A stretch of DNA of 64,000 nt from contig OZ199840.1 in assembly GCA_964304625.1 (NCBI GenBank), forward strand, positions 3,671,631 to 3,735,630, given 5' to 3'. Source of the stretch: Kudoa neothunni. Lineage: Eukaryota > Animalia > Cnidaria. The position numbers were made by a program, and so were the translations under genes. The notes below the pieces were generated by a model that searched no databases, was not told where the DNA came from, and saw nothing but the letters and a program-made list of their open reading frames with translations. Shown one piece after another: positions 28,301-39,978 of this stretch (the first letter of the stretch is position 1; each line of letters starts with the position of its first letter).

Positions 28301-30985
28301 TATGGTTCTAACAAACGGTCATCCAATTCACTCTCAGAAGACAGATTTTCATCAAAAAACTCATCAAGGTCACTCATTTACTTTATCCCCAGTAAATTGT
28401 TTTTGTACGAAGGGTTATTCAAATAAGCCCCTCTCTATTAATTGAAGATATATTTATAATCAGAACTGAATTATCACATTAACGTTCGGTTAATATCAAT
28501 AAAAAAATTAATCATAAATATTATCAATCTATAATTTTTTAATTAAAAAAACAAGACTAACACGCCTGCGGAAAGGCGAGTTATATCCACCATGGTTTTC
28601 GCCGTGGTGGCACATTGTCATGGAAATAAGCCGAAATTGATTACTTGTCGTAGTAGTTTCGATTTTTCTCAAAGTTCTTGCGATAGTATTTTTCAATAAT
28701 TTGCAAATCAAATTAAAAAAATTTTTAAAGTAGATTTAAACAAAAAAGTCTGGGGTGTTATTTATCCCAAGTTGGTTAACAAATGGATTTTTTAGAGGGT
28801 GATCCAATTAGATTTTTTCGTTACATTTTAATAAATGCTATAATTCACAAACTTAGATGAATAGCCCAAATTTTAAAAGATTTGAAAAAACGCGCGAGAT
28901 TTTGTGATCAGAATAAAAGTGCTTTGGGGTGTAATACACCCCAAGTCGGTTAGAGGGTTAGAAGATTAAGGATAGAAAATTAAATTTTCTGATTTATTAA
29001 ATCACAACCTTTTCTTATAAAAAACTCAACTAATTTTAATTTTTGAAAATTTTTTGATATCACTAAGGGTTCGCGATTCAAGTGGTGATAATCTGTAGGT
29101 CGCATAACAAGCGAATGCCAATGTCCAATGGATACCAGGTGTATTATGCTTCCTAACAGCTTTACATGGTAAACGCATGATTTCATCTTAGCAATCTATA
29201 GAGATATAGGAAAGAAAGATTACCACCCGCGTTTCACACTTGCTCAATGAGAGTTCTTTTGAAGAATGCAAAAAAATTTCGTTGTTTAAGGGAAAAAATG
29301 AAGGAGGGAGTAATGTGTTGGGGATAGCTACTTGTAATAATTTAACAATTATCAGTATAACACCAATGCTTGTGGAAATGGTATTGTGGAAAGGGGTGAG
29401 ACCTGTGATTGTGGATTCAAAGAAGTATCTTTATTTCTTGTAGTTGTCTTTACATGATTAATTTTTTCTTAGGCTTGTGAGATATCCAAAAACGGTTCTA
29501 ATTGTGTCAATTGCCGAGGCTCTGATGGTTCCAATAATAATAACAACTACAATAATAATAATAATAACAACTACAATAATAATAACAACTACAACAATAA
29601 TAATAACAACTACAACAATAATAATAACAACTACAACAATAATAATAACAACTACAATAATAATAATAACAACTGCAACAATAATAATAATAATAACTAC
29701 AATAATAATAATAATAACTACAACAACAACTACAATAACAACAACTACAACAACAACTACAACAATAACAACAACTACAACAACAACTACAACAATAACA
29801 ACAACTACAACAACAACTACAACAATAACAACAACAACTACAACAACAACTACAGCAATAACTACAACAAGAATAATAATTATTATGGTAGAAATGACAA
29901 TTTTGGGGATACCGGTAGACCATGCTCACATGGTGAGTGCTGTAGAAACGGAAAAGTAAAATATCAAATTATATGTTAAATTTTCCTACTTTTGAAATTT
30001 CAGATATTGACGTCAAGATCTGTTTGTCGTCCAGCCAAAGACAAATGTGACATTCCGGAGTATTGCGATGGTCAAAGTCCTCGAGTAAACTTTAATTTAT
30101 GTGAAGATGTATGCAAAGTTTTGACTTTTTGACAAGTGCGTGGCTCCTGATTTGAAACTAGCAGATGGCTCACCTTGTAAAGATGGCGTAAATATTCTAA
30201 TAGTAGATTATTCGATTATTAAACGATTCTGTAGGCATTTTGTTTTAACGGCATTTGCCCATCAAGAGATTATATCTGCAAGATTCCATTCCCAAAATGT
30301 AATTTTAATCGTAAATTAAATAATTTAACAATAAAATTTAGCTCAAGAACTTGTCAATTCTGAGTTATGCGACAAACATGTCACGTTCAAAGAACGTAAC
30401 TGCAGGGCGCTGAAATCGTTCGGGGAAGATACCGATTATTTGTTTTGCAAACTGTAACTACATCTCGTTTAAGACGTCTTAAGTTGAAAATAGTGCATAC
30501 AAACAAAACTGTGGTTTAGCTGTCTGCAGCGGAACGTTTTATTCCACCGAGAAAAAGCATAGCTTTGAGATGAGGTCGCCTGGCTTGGAAAATTCTGAAT
30601 GCCAGTAATCTCAAATTTTTAATTTTTCTGAGACAATGTAATAAAATAATAAAAGCTATCCCGAGGGTCCGATGGATGATAAATTGAGAGTGAAACCTGA
30701 GGGAGCACTTTGTCATGACAATAAAGTAATCATGGACATTGATTTTTATGTTGGAGATGAGACTGATTAACTTAGGTATGCTACAAAAACACATGTGTGG
30801 ATAAAAGTCAAATAAAAGACGCTTGCCAAAATAGGTGTCAGCGTGGACAAGTAAAATATCAAAAATATCCATCTATCAACTATAATATTAATAATGAAAG
30901 GTGTGCGTCCAACCTGGCAGATGCATCGCTGTTCCACAAGGAGGGAATCCACCGTAACTTCCTTTTATGACAATTTGTTTGTTTA

Positions 30986-31021
<36 letters not shown>

Positions 31022-31215
31022 TGTAGACCAACGAATCCTACCAATCCTAACAATCCAACCAACCCAACTGATGGTGATGATTATTTGTATAAGAGTAATA
31101 TTTTTATTTAACTATATTTAAAGGTGGCTCCAACAATTCAAATCTTAAGTTTTGTGTGGACACAATGTTTATGGGGAAAATTTACCCCATTTGTGCTTCA
31201 TTGGGAGAACAATAG
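25338..31215 (+). CDS. Secreted adamalysin/ADAM-like metalloprotease-disintegrin, paralog B (21 exons)
   Basis: Signal MMFEYRTCLLFLLFIGTYIEICLA, then DYKNP, HELGHNFGMNHV, CIML, CGNGIVERGETCDCG, a ~118-codon N/Y tract, CRPAKDKCDIPEYCDG, Cys-rich/EGF-like exons, PTNP and TAG at 31213-31215. All introns are GT-AG and phase-compatible. Confidence 0.9.
26564..28957 (-). mobile_element. Degraded piggyBac transposon inside the intron after the zinc-motif exon of paralog B
   Basis: Ends TTAA|CCCTCTAA ... TTAGAGGG|TTAG. Fragments include ETEFKGFLGTLILMA, YMPLKPAKY, TIVADNFFSS and YNKTKKGVD. Subterminal GGGG-N-CCCC repeats are present. Confidence 0.9.
29533..29886 (+). repeat. Coding AAT/AAC/TAC repeat, ~118 codons of Asn punctuated by Tyr, in paralog B
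   Basis: 354 bp in frame, built from (N)3-6Y units. Confidence 0.95.
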
Positions 31216-33390
31216 AAAACATAACCTAGGAGTATTAGCGTTTCACCAAATTAGAGTTCGTATTATGTTAGCTAGTTAGCATTGTTGGTGATTCTATTAT
31301 ATGAATCATTATATTTATTGGAGTTGCGTAAATTTCTAAGAGATCAACGTTGTTGCAAATTTTGGAATTTCTTCGTACTCTCTACCATATTAACCGACTA
31401 ATATGCATAGTATCAGCATTATATAATGGTAACCATAAAATTAACAACATGTTGAAATTTCGTTGTATATTTGTAAAATGGATATCTCTGAACAAAATAA
31501 AGCAATAATAAAATAACTAGTTATTTTCTAGGGAATAAGAACCTTAAAACTATATTCCCTATCAAGAATATTAAGTTTTATATGAATTTTTCTAATTATG
31601 TCTAAGTATGATATTTTTTCGATAGAAGAGGATGATGTTTAGTTAGGCACATAGATTAAAAGTAGGAATGTTATAGCAATTTGAGTAAAATGGTAGTTTT
31701 TAGTTTTAGATATGAAAGTATATTTAACCAGGTAATTTTTACCGTTAGCTAAATCTTAATTTTTATTTTAGTTGGCTATCTTCCTTATATTAACATCATT
31801 GTGTAGGTTTTTAACTTTAATATGATCTAACAATAAATCAGAATGAAAACGGTTTATTATTATGATATAATCCAATTTTATTGTTAGAAAAATTTAATAA
31901 TTCTTAATTTTCTAATGAAACTCCTTAGCAGATATAAAGTGTAGTGACGGTAAAATTCATATTTTTAGTTGTGATGAGATTATTATGTAAAATTTTGCGT
32001 TCTATTAACAACCTAGCGCAAATTATCCAGTTCGCCAAGGGTTAGTAATATTCTGTATTTAAATCTTTTTAAACTACTAAAAATATACACCAATACTTTC
32101 AATTAGACCTTACAAACGATTTAACAAAAAGAATAAAGTTTCGTACTTATATCAAAATGTGATTGGTGAACATAAAATTAAGATAATTTTTAACAGACTA
32201 TAAAAATAGCAAAAAACTAATACAGTAAGGTCTCGATATTTCAAGGTTCGACATAGGGTAGTCGACATTTTTCTCAAATTTCTGTAACTAAGATTCGTAA
32301 CCTTTTCGATGTATATAGTCTTCTACTCTAGAGTTATACCCAAAAATATGAAATAAAATTTAAAAGCGCATTTTTTTTAAAAATTCAGGGTCCTCAAATT
32401 TTAATTCGATTAATCCACTAAATTACACATTGGAACGTTTCGGTATTATGAAAGAAGAAAGAAATTTTGGTATAAAATTGGAACTACCCAATATTATGAT
32501 TCAATTACCTCAACCTAAACTGCCAACAAATTACTCTATAGCACTGTAGAAATGAATATCATGAATTCTGTTATTGCGAGTTTTAATCAAATTAAAAATT
32601 AGTTTATTCTTCTCTGAATAGAATTTTATCTAATAAATCTGATATAATTGACTCCAATGTTGTTTCTTTCAGTAAAGGGATTATAAATAAAAACCACACC
32701 CAACTTCAAATTGCATTATATGACGTGATTGTATCAGAACACTAAAAAAGACAAATATTCTAGAGTTTTTATCACCGAGAGGGCAAAACTTTTTTGTTGA
32801 TGATATTGAATCACTGATTTAAATGAAACAGAAGGTTTCCTTAAATATTTTAAGATTTTCTGTTGTTTAAAAATTCACTCTTCGCAGAGAAGATGGAGAG
32901 TTTATGATAATATTGTTAATGATGGGGTAATCAAATTTTATTGGGTAAAACGTGGATACGAAATAGAAAATATATTAAATCTCGATGAGACCGCTCTTTC
33001 CTATGATCAATGCACTTAAGGAACATATGATATAAAGAAAGAGTTGAATTAATAGAAAAAAATGGAACAATCAAAAAACCTGTAATAAAATTATAGTGCA
33101 TAAATTATAGAGATAAAATTTCCACATAATCTCATTGGTAAATTTAAATAGACTGCCTGTTTTAAAGAAATTTATGAATTTTCTTTCAATACATATTAAC
33201 GATCAAAAAATGGATGGGATGGATGTTATCAACTATCTTCGTGATATGTTAAAACTTTAGATCAAAAGTTGGCGAAAGGTGAAAAGTTCGTACATTATTA
33301 GATAGACGCCTTTAACATATTTAATTTAATAACAAAAACAAGGTCTTATCATTTATGTGTTACAAAATAAAAAATGTACCCCGGTTGCGC
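29887..33390. repeat. Right arm of the ~3.5-kb inverted duplication (partner 13696-17171)
   Basis: Near-identical reverse complement of the left arm. It differs by a few substitutions, by (ACTT)n length and by scattered 1-bp indels. Confidence 0.95.
30987..31020. repeat. (ACTT)n intronic microsatellite, longer than the equivalent tract in the left arm
   Basis: TTACTTACTT... run at 30987-31020, compared with about 4 units at 16054-16070. Confidence 0.85.
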
Positions 33391-33469
33391 TTGCGCGAAA
33401 AAAGTGTGGGGGGGGAGGGGTAGTAAAAACTCAAGTCCTGATTTCCTGTGTAATATAGCGACCTTACTG
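32223..33469 (+). mobile_element. pogo/Tigger-like element, counterpart of 13624-14858
   Basis: TA|CAGTAAGGTCTCGATATT ... GACCTTACTG|TA. Near-identical to the left copy except for the last ~80 bp. Confidence 0.8.
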
Positions 33470-33510
33470 TAGTTAACTTGACTTCTTAAACGTAACTCAA
33501 TCATTATTAA

Positions 33511-34961
33511 CCTTTCAAGCGCCTAAAACCAGTTTTACAAATTCCTTCACTTGGAATCCAATGGACCCCCGCCCCCATTTGTTTAACTTGAATTATGGAG
33601 AAAATGTAATAAGTAATTTATTAAAGTATGAGTGAAAACTATCTCTAAAATATTGAATAATGTCACAATTATAACACTGCCAGTTGTTAACGATCATTTC
33701 CGAAGCAGTTAAAAAGTTAAATTAAGCATCTAATTTAACATGTTTAACCTTATTTTTATATTTAATGAGTTCTAATAACGATATGTATCATTCTACATTA
33801 ACAAAGTCTTAAAAATTGTTTCCTTTATGATTAATTTCTTAATAATCACATCCAATAAAACCCCTAATACATATATACATATTGGTTTAAAACATCAAAT
33901 GCGAGATATTTATATTATGTTAGTTTTTAATGTTACAATATACCACGAAAAAAACTGTTAAATTTTTTTTATTACAACCGATTCTACAAACAAAAAAATT
34001 CCTCTCATTTCTGTCTCGATATTTTGAACAATAACAGCATCACTTGCGACAAAGAAATTTGAGCGATTATAATTTAGATCTGAAAATTAACATATAGAAA
34101 ATGACTACAATATAGACCAACAGCCGTTGGTTTGTCAAGTCTTTAAATAATATTGATTGTGAGGTATGAGCGACGCGAATAGAAACAATATTTGAAACTC
34201 CAACGTGATACCAGTACTAATAATAATCCTAATCCCTGTCCGCGCTATCTATTAGCCATAATATTGATAATTATAATTGTCAAAATTGTTAATATTTGAA
34301 ATAACAGTTGAGTTAAAGACTCACCATAAAATATGAGGTATGTATCAGCAAAGGAGTTTATTCTGTTTGGAGTGTAGAAGTGTGAACCTTGAGGCTCCGA
34401 AAAATATTTCGGTTAGAGTTTTTAGTTATTTGAAGTTTCTCAGAAAACCAATTAACACCGTCCATATCTTCATATATAGTTCGATATAATTTGTTATCTT
34501 CAGAAACATTGGAATGACGTTAATAATAAAATTATCAAAAAATCTCATAAAAGCTATTGATATCGGATTCAAATTAATTCAAAATATTACATTAAGAATC
34601 ATTGATGGCAGCATTTCACTCGTCGGTAATGATCGGTATTTAACGTATGCATAGTTTTTTCAAATTATCTCTGTTTCCTCTCGATAAAATTTTGTTTAAC
34701 TTTCAAAATATTGTTTAATTATTTTTCTTTATTGTTTGATAGAAAAACAACATGGGGTCTATTTGACCTAAAAACGAGGAATGTGTAAGTATTTGGATTA
34801 TTTCGTGACCTGAATGTACAAATTAAAATTTCCTGTAATATTTTAATAGAACTCATATTTATAGAAAAATAGTTGTGATCTTAATTTAACTGATATAAGA
34901 TTCTCTAAAATTGATTCGAACATCCATTGAATTCCAATGGACCCCAAATACCGAGCGTAGG
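33511..34961. mobile_element. Possible degraded piggyBac-derived element
   Basis: TTAA|CC...GG|TTAA ends, with the subterminal motif (AAT)CCAATGGACCCC near both ends. The terminal repeats match poorly. Confidence 0.35.
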
Positions 34962-35025
34962 TTAATTATATCTCGAGGGTAGTCTCCATATTTTCAACTT
35001 AAAGAAGCTGCAACAAACTAGTTAA

Positions 35026-38000
35026 CCCTTCCGGTACCAACTGGGGTATTTAAGTGACCCCATATTATCTATTTTGTTTCTAACTCCAAAAATCAGCTTC
35101 TGATAGTCTTCAAAATTTCAGAATACCTCAATTACTATTATTTCGATATTTTTATGAAAATATTTTTTACAATATAATTAAATCTGATGAATAAATTCAA
35201 AAATAATACTAGAGTTAATTTTTAATGCATCGGGTTAGTTTTCTAATGTTACATATTTGTTTTATAAATATTAAAAATAGCTTTATCACCCCGAAAATTT
35301 GATAATATCCGTTCTATTATATGAAAAAATGGTGCGCCTTTCTAAATATTACCGCCTCGCGGATTAACGAGGATTAATCCGATTACGCCTCGCGCTTAAC
35401 ATTTCTTGTGGATATTGAGGTAGCAATTGTTAAATAACTTTTTTTGAGGCATCGGTAATATCTAGTATGAGACTAGACCAAACCATTGATGATGTTGAAA
35501 AACTTGTTGAGGATTCTTCTTCTGTAGATAATGATAGTTGCTCAGAATACGAAATATCTGAATCAGATGATTGCGGTGAAGATGATTGTGTTATTAGTGA
35601 TATAGATAGTGATGAAGATTTCCAAAGTGACGTTAAATTTGCTCAAGAAAACCCGAATAATCATTCTATTTTTTCTTCCCCGTCTGGTCTTGAATGGTCC
35701 AAAAGAATTTGTTCGAAAACGAAAACTAAATCACACAACATCGTTACTTCATCCTCAGGCATTTTAGAGGAGGCAAACAATATAACGTCCATTTTTGATG
35801 CCTTTGAATTGTTTATGTCGGATGATATAATTAATGAGATAGTAAAATACAGCAACAAGTACTACGAAGAAACTAACCCAGAGACACACACGACAATAAC
35901 TAAAAATGAAATAAAAGCATTTATAGGCATATTAATCGCTGCTGGGCGTTCAAATGGTAAGATGCTTGCTCATAGGAATATGTGGGATGGTAGTCCATTA
36001 TTCAAACAATTATTCTTCCCCACAGTGATGTCCAGAAACAGATTCACTTATATTTATAGAAAAATCCGTTTTGACGATAAAGCAAATAGAATTTATCGGT
36101 TTCAAATTACAAACGACAAATTCGAACCTTGCCGCCAAATTTTCGATCTGTTTAATGAAAATTGCTTGAAATATTATTCACCAGGCACGCATATTACAGT
36201 GGATGAAAGGTTAGTAAGGTTTAGGGGTAAATGTCCGTTTCGGGTATACATGAAGAGCAAGCCCGGACGATTCGGGATCAAACTTTGAGTGGCTGCAGAC
36301 GTAGAAACGTCATACCTATTAAACATTCAACCGTATACTGGGAAGATCGGTGGAACAAGGGAAATAAATCAGGCTGAAAATGTTGTCACAAGACTTGTCT
36401 CTCCATTTTATAGAACTGGCCGAGGAGTGACCGTAGACAACTTTTTTACATCCGTTTCTTTAGCCACGAAACTCTTCAAAGAGAACCTGACATTGACAGG
36501 GACAATTAGGTCGAATAAACGCGATATCCCCAAAGAATTTTTAAAATCGCCACGCCGAGAGGTTTTCTCCTCTCTGTTCGGGTTTTCTGGTCATCTTTCA
36601 CTTTCTTCCTATGTACCCAAAAAGAACTATGCGGTCAATATATTGTCTACCGAATTTCATGATTCTTCAACAGAAGACACATATAGAAAAAGACCAACGG
36701 TGATTCTTCACTATAACAAAACCAAAGATGGTGTTGATAATGGGGATAAAATGACCCAGCCATACTCCTGTTCGCGACCTACTCGTAGATGGCCACTGAA
36801 GATTTTCATGGAGATCATTGATATGGCTGCGTTGAACGCATATATTATTTGGATCCAAAAAAATTCTGATTGGAAAAAAAATGATCGTAGCAAGCTTCAG
36901 AAATTTATTCGCGAGCTTGCTATAGAATTGGCAACACCCAATGTAGCATATCGTCGTGAGAATTCCCATACTCTTCAATCCCACATAAAGTATGGTTTCC
37001 GATTTTTTGAAATCTCTACCAATAATGACGATTTGACGATATCTGAATATAATTCCACTCAGCAATCAAAGAGAAATAGATGCCATTTTTGTCCTCGGAA
37101 TAAGGATAAAAAATCCAGCCTGAGATGTTTCAACTGCTTCAAGTTTGTTTGCATAAAACATAGAGTAAAAAGAAATGTTATTTATTGTTTGGATTGTACC
37201 AATTCTTTGGAATAAATCGTGTTAATATATTTTTTTATTCGGCATATGATTGCAGATTATAAATTATACACAAATTTTCACTGGTAATTGAGTGCGACGT
37301 GTAATTCATTTTACGATCTCTAATGCATTATCATTTATGACATATACAATTTTGGTCTATTATAATAAATAAATTCTACCTAAGGCTCAACGGATTCACA
37401 ATTTTTGAATTTATACACAGTCATGCCATTTGGGATAAAAAATATCGGCCTGTTGAAAAAACGAATAAAATTAACCTCGCTACAGAGGAAAGAATAATTT
37501 TGTTTACAAAATAATTCTCTACTTGGAGAAATTTTACCAAATATGACTCGTAGAATTAAGAAAATATCTACATAAAAGTAGATATTCTAATTTCTGTTTT
37601 CGCTACTATTTTGCGAATTTCAAAAATAATAAAATAATGACAAGGCGAAAGTGATTTTGTTGTACAAATAAATATTAAAAATAATTACGTACAAATATGA
37701 CAGATATGTTGAATATTATTTTTGGTGCCTTAAACACTGATGCTCAAATAATGCAAACTGAAGTCACTGCGTCACTCATTGTTTAAAAATATTATCATTT
37801 TGTGTATTATTCCATGGATGTAACACTATTGACACGGCAAATAATATTTAGAGGTCACTAATTTCGGCTATATTTAATTATTTATATCGCATCGCTTCGC
37901 TTTTGCCTGTCAGGAATAATTAAATAGAGCAGATTTTAAACGATTAAATCTATACAAAGTTTGTGAGTAAGAGTCGCTGAGATCAAAAATTTATATTGAG

Positions 38001-38544
38001 TACGCGTACATGCAGTTTATGACTAAATTTTGTGTCTATAGCATCTGCCTACTAAAATTTAGGAAATAATATAGATCAGCATTGGATAATAGAAGTCTTC
38101 GCTCATATAGCTTAAATTTGATCAAAGCGGCAATCACATCAATCTATCATTAGCTACGGATTCACCGACTTATACCGAAAAACGATGAGTATTTAATTGC
38201 TGCGATGGTCATGATTTTTTCTAATTATTCATAATTTTTTGATCATTAGTCTTCCATATATCCTGTTTCGGCATAAAACTGATAATATTTGCTATTTACG
38301 CTACATTTTGATGCATTTGTATCATTGTCCGTGCAATGGTTTTCGTCATGAACAAAATGATTTATGTATAGGTCAAATAATAAAAACTAATTTTATTGGG
38401 CATGAATTATCATATTTGTGTCTCTTATTTTTGGTGAAATAGTTTCTAGCAGATTGAACAAGTTTAAGGTGTATTTCGGCTGGGGTACGTTAGTGACCCC
38501 AGTTGGTCACTCACGTTCTGTTATCGTAGTTGGTACAGGAAGGG
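35026..38544 (+). mobile_element. Full-length piggyBac transposon (3519 bp)
   Basis: TTAA on both sides and a 17-bp terminal repeat CCCTTCC(G/T)GTACCAACT. Subterminal GGGGTA-N5-GTGACCCC lies at about 35043 and 38482. The element carries a transposase reading frame. Confidence 0.95.
35467..37215 (+). pseudogene. piggyBac transposase (582 codons) with a single in-frame TGA at 36286-36288
   Basis: Acidic N-terminus, DDD triad contexts TVDERL, TVDNFF and GVDNGD, and C-terminal Cys-rich domain CHFC...CFNC...VCIKH. The TGA falls where GIKxW is expected. Confidence 0.92.
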
Positions 38545-38725
38545 TTAATAATCCAAACTTTTGTTTGCGCATCAAACGACCTAAATTTTCTATCCGTTCT
38601 GTTGCACATACACGCACGCACGCACGCACAGATATTATTCATTTGTGGCAATTCGGATTGTGCGCACACACACACTCAACCTATCCAATGTTAGTATCTG
38701 TGATTGCCTTTAAACCATCTACTCA

Positions 38726-39839
38726 ATGACTTATAGGGGACCCACAGTTACAGGAACATCAGTTATCGGAATAAGGTATAACAATGGGGTTCTACTTTGT
38801 GCAGATACTCTTGGTAGACATTTTTTTGTAAAATTATTTCAATTCAACTAATACTATTTGTTTAGCATCTTATGGATCGTTAGCGAAACTCACCAATGTA
38901 ACTAGGTTTTTCAAAGTTAACCAATACACCATTATTGGAGCATCTGGTGATATTTCTGATTTTCAGTACATCCAAGAGTTGATTGAATATATCAAGTCGG
39001 TTCATTTATTTTAGCAATTTTTCGTATAAACTAATTTTTACTTTTACCTAAGGGCGGACGATGATTTTCTAAGTGATGGTGCTGAAAAAAGTCCCCGTGC
39101 AATCCACTCTATTCTCACTCGTATCTTATACAATCGGTAGGTATTATGTTGGTTGGAGTAACCACAAATTGCTTATAAACATTGGAAATTGTTGTAGTCG
39201 TTGTAAATTCGACCCTTGCTACAATATTGTCGTTGTATCGGGTTTCTACAACAACCAAAGGTATTCTGTAAATAACATAAACTGACTAACACGTGATTTC
39301 AGTTTTTTGGGATATATCGATCTAATTGGCAATTCCTACGAAGATAGCTCCATATGCTCGGGATTTGGTGCTCATTTAGCTAGAGTGACTATTTGGTTCG
39401 TGGTCTCTGCTAACGTATGAACTTTGTTTAATTTAGCCGCTGTTGCGCAAAGCGCTGGAAAAACACCGGCACAATCTCACCGAAGAACAAGCTTACGAGA
39501 TCCTAAAAGATGCTGCTCGTGTATTACTTTATCGTGATTGTCGAACATTGAATAAAGTAATGACTTTATTTTCACACTAAAAGCTACATGATATTTATGT
39601 TATTTGTTGGATGCATTGTTAGCTGATATAATTGGTTAATTTTAAGCGTTAACTTTTGTCCAACTAATAATTGTTTGATTTTCAAAAAAGAATGTGGCGG
39701 CGTATTCACTTTTTTATCTCTAATAACGTATTTTTAGGTGGAGATTGCTATGGTGAATTCTAACCATTGTGGTATTAGCCCACCGTTCTCCCTGGAAACC
39801 AATTGGTCTATTTCTCAATATGTTAAGGGATTTGAGTAG
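38726..39839 (+). CDS. PSMB4: 20S proteasome subunit beta type-4 (beta7/Pre4), multi-exon
   Basis: Splicing gives GPTVTGTSVIGIRYNNGVLLCADTLASYGSLAK...IGASGDISDFQYI...LYNRRCKFDP...SGFGAHLARPLLRK...LLYRDCR...ETNWSISQYVKGFE-TAG. The start codon is uncertain (38726, or a split ATG from 38688). Confidence 0.92.
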
Positions 39840-39978
39840 TTGAACTATTGGAAATTGTAGCAGTGTTCCTATCACTATAACTATTGTTATGCGATATTGT
39901 TGTTTCCTTGGATATAATAATTGGTTTTTGTTTCTCAATTAATGTGACGCACGCCCTTTGTATAAATTAATCTTATAT

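Noticed and set aside
29533-29886. CRISPR-like or telomeric array
   Set aside because: It is a simple trinucleotide-derived repeat without unique spacers, in eukaryotic coding context.
36286-36288. TGA-as-Trp alternative genetic code or programmed readthrough in the piggyBac transposase
   Set aside because: Other Trp codons in the ORF are TGG, and CYB5R terminates with TGA. A simple TGG-to-TGA nonsense mutation (or a sequencing error) is more parsimonious.
38566-38666. TGCGCA palindromes as a shared housekeeping promoter motif (also at ~3699)
   Set aside because: The same hexamer occurs in introns, transposons and coding sequence (e.g. ~8287, 12241, 13641, 39444), so no specificity is supportable.
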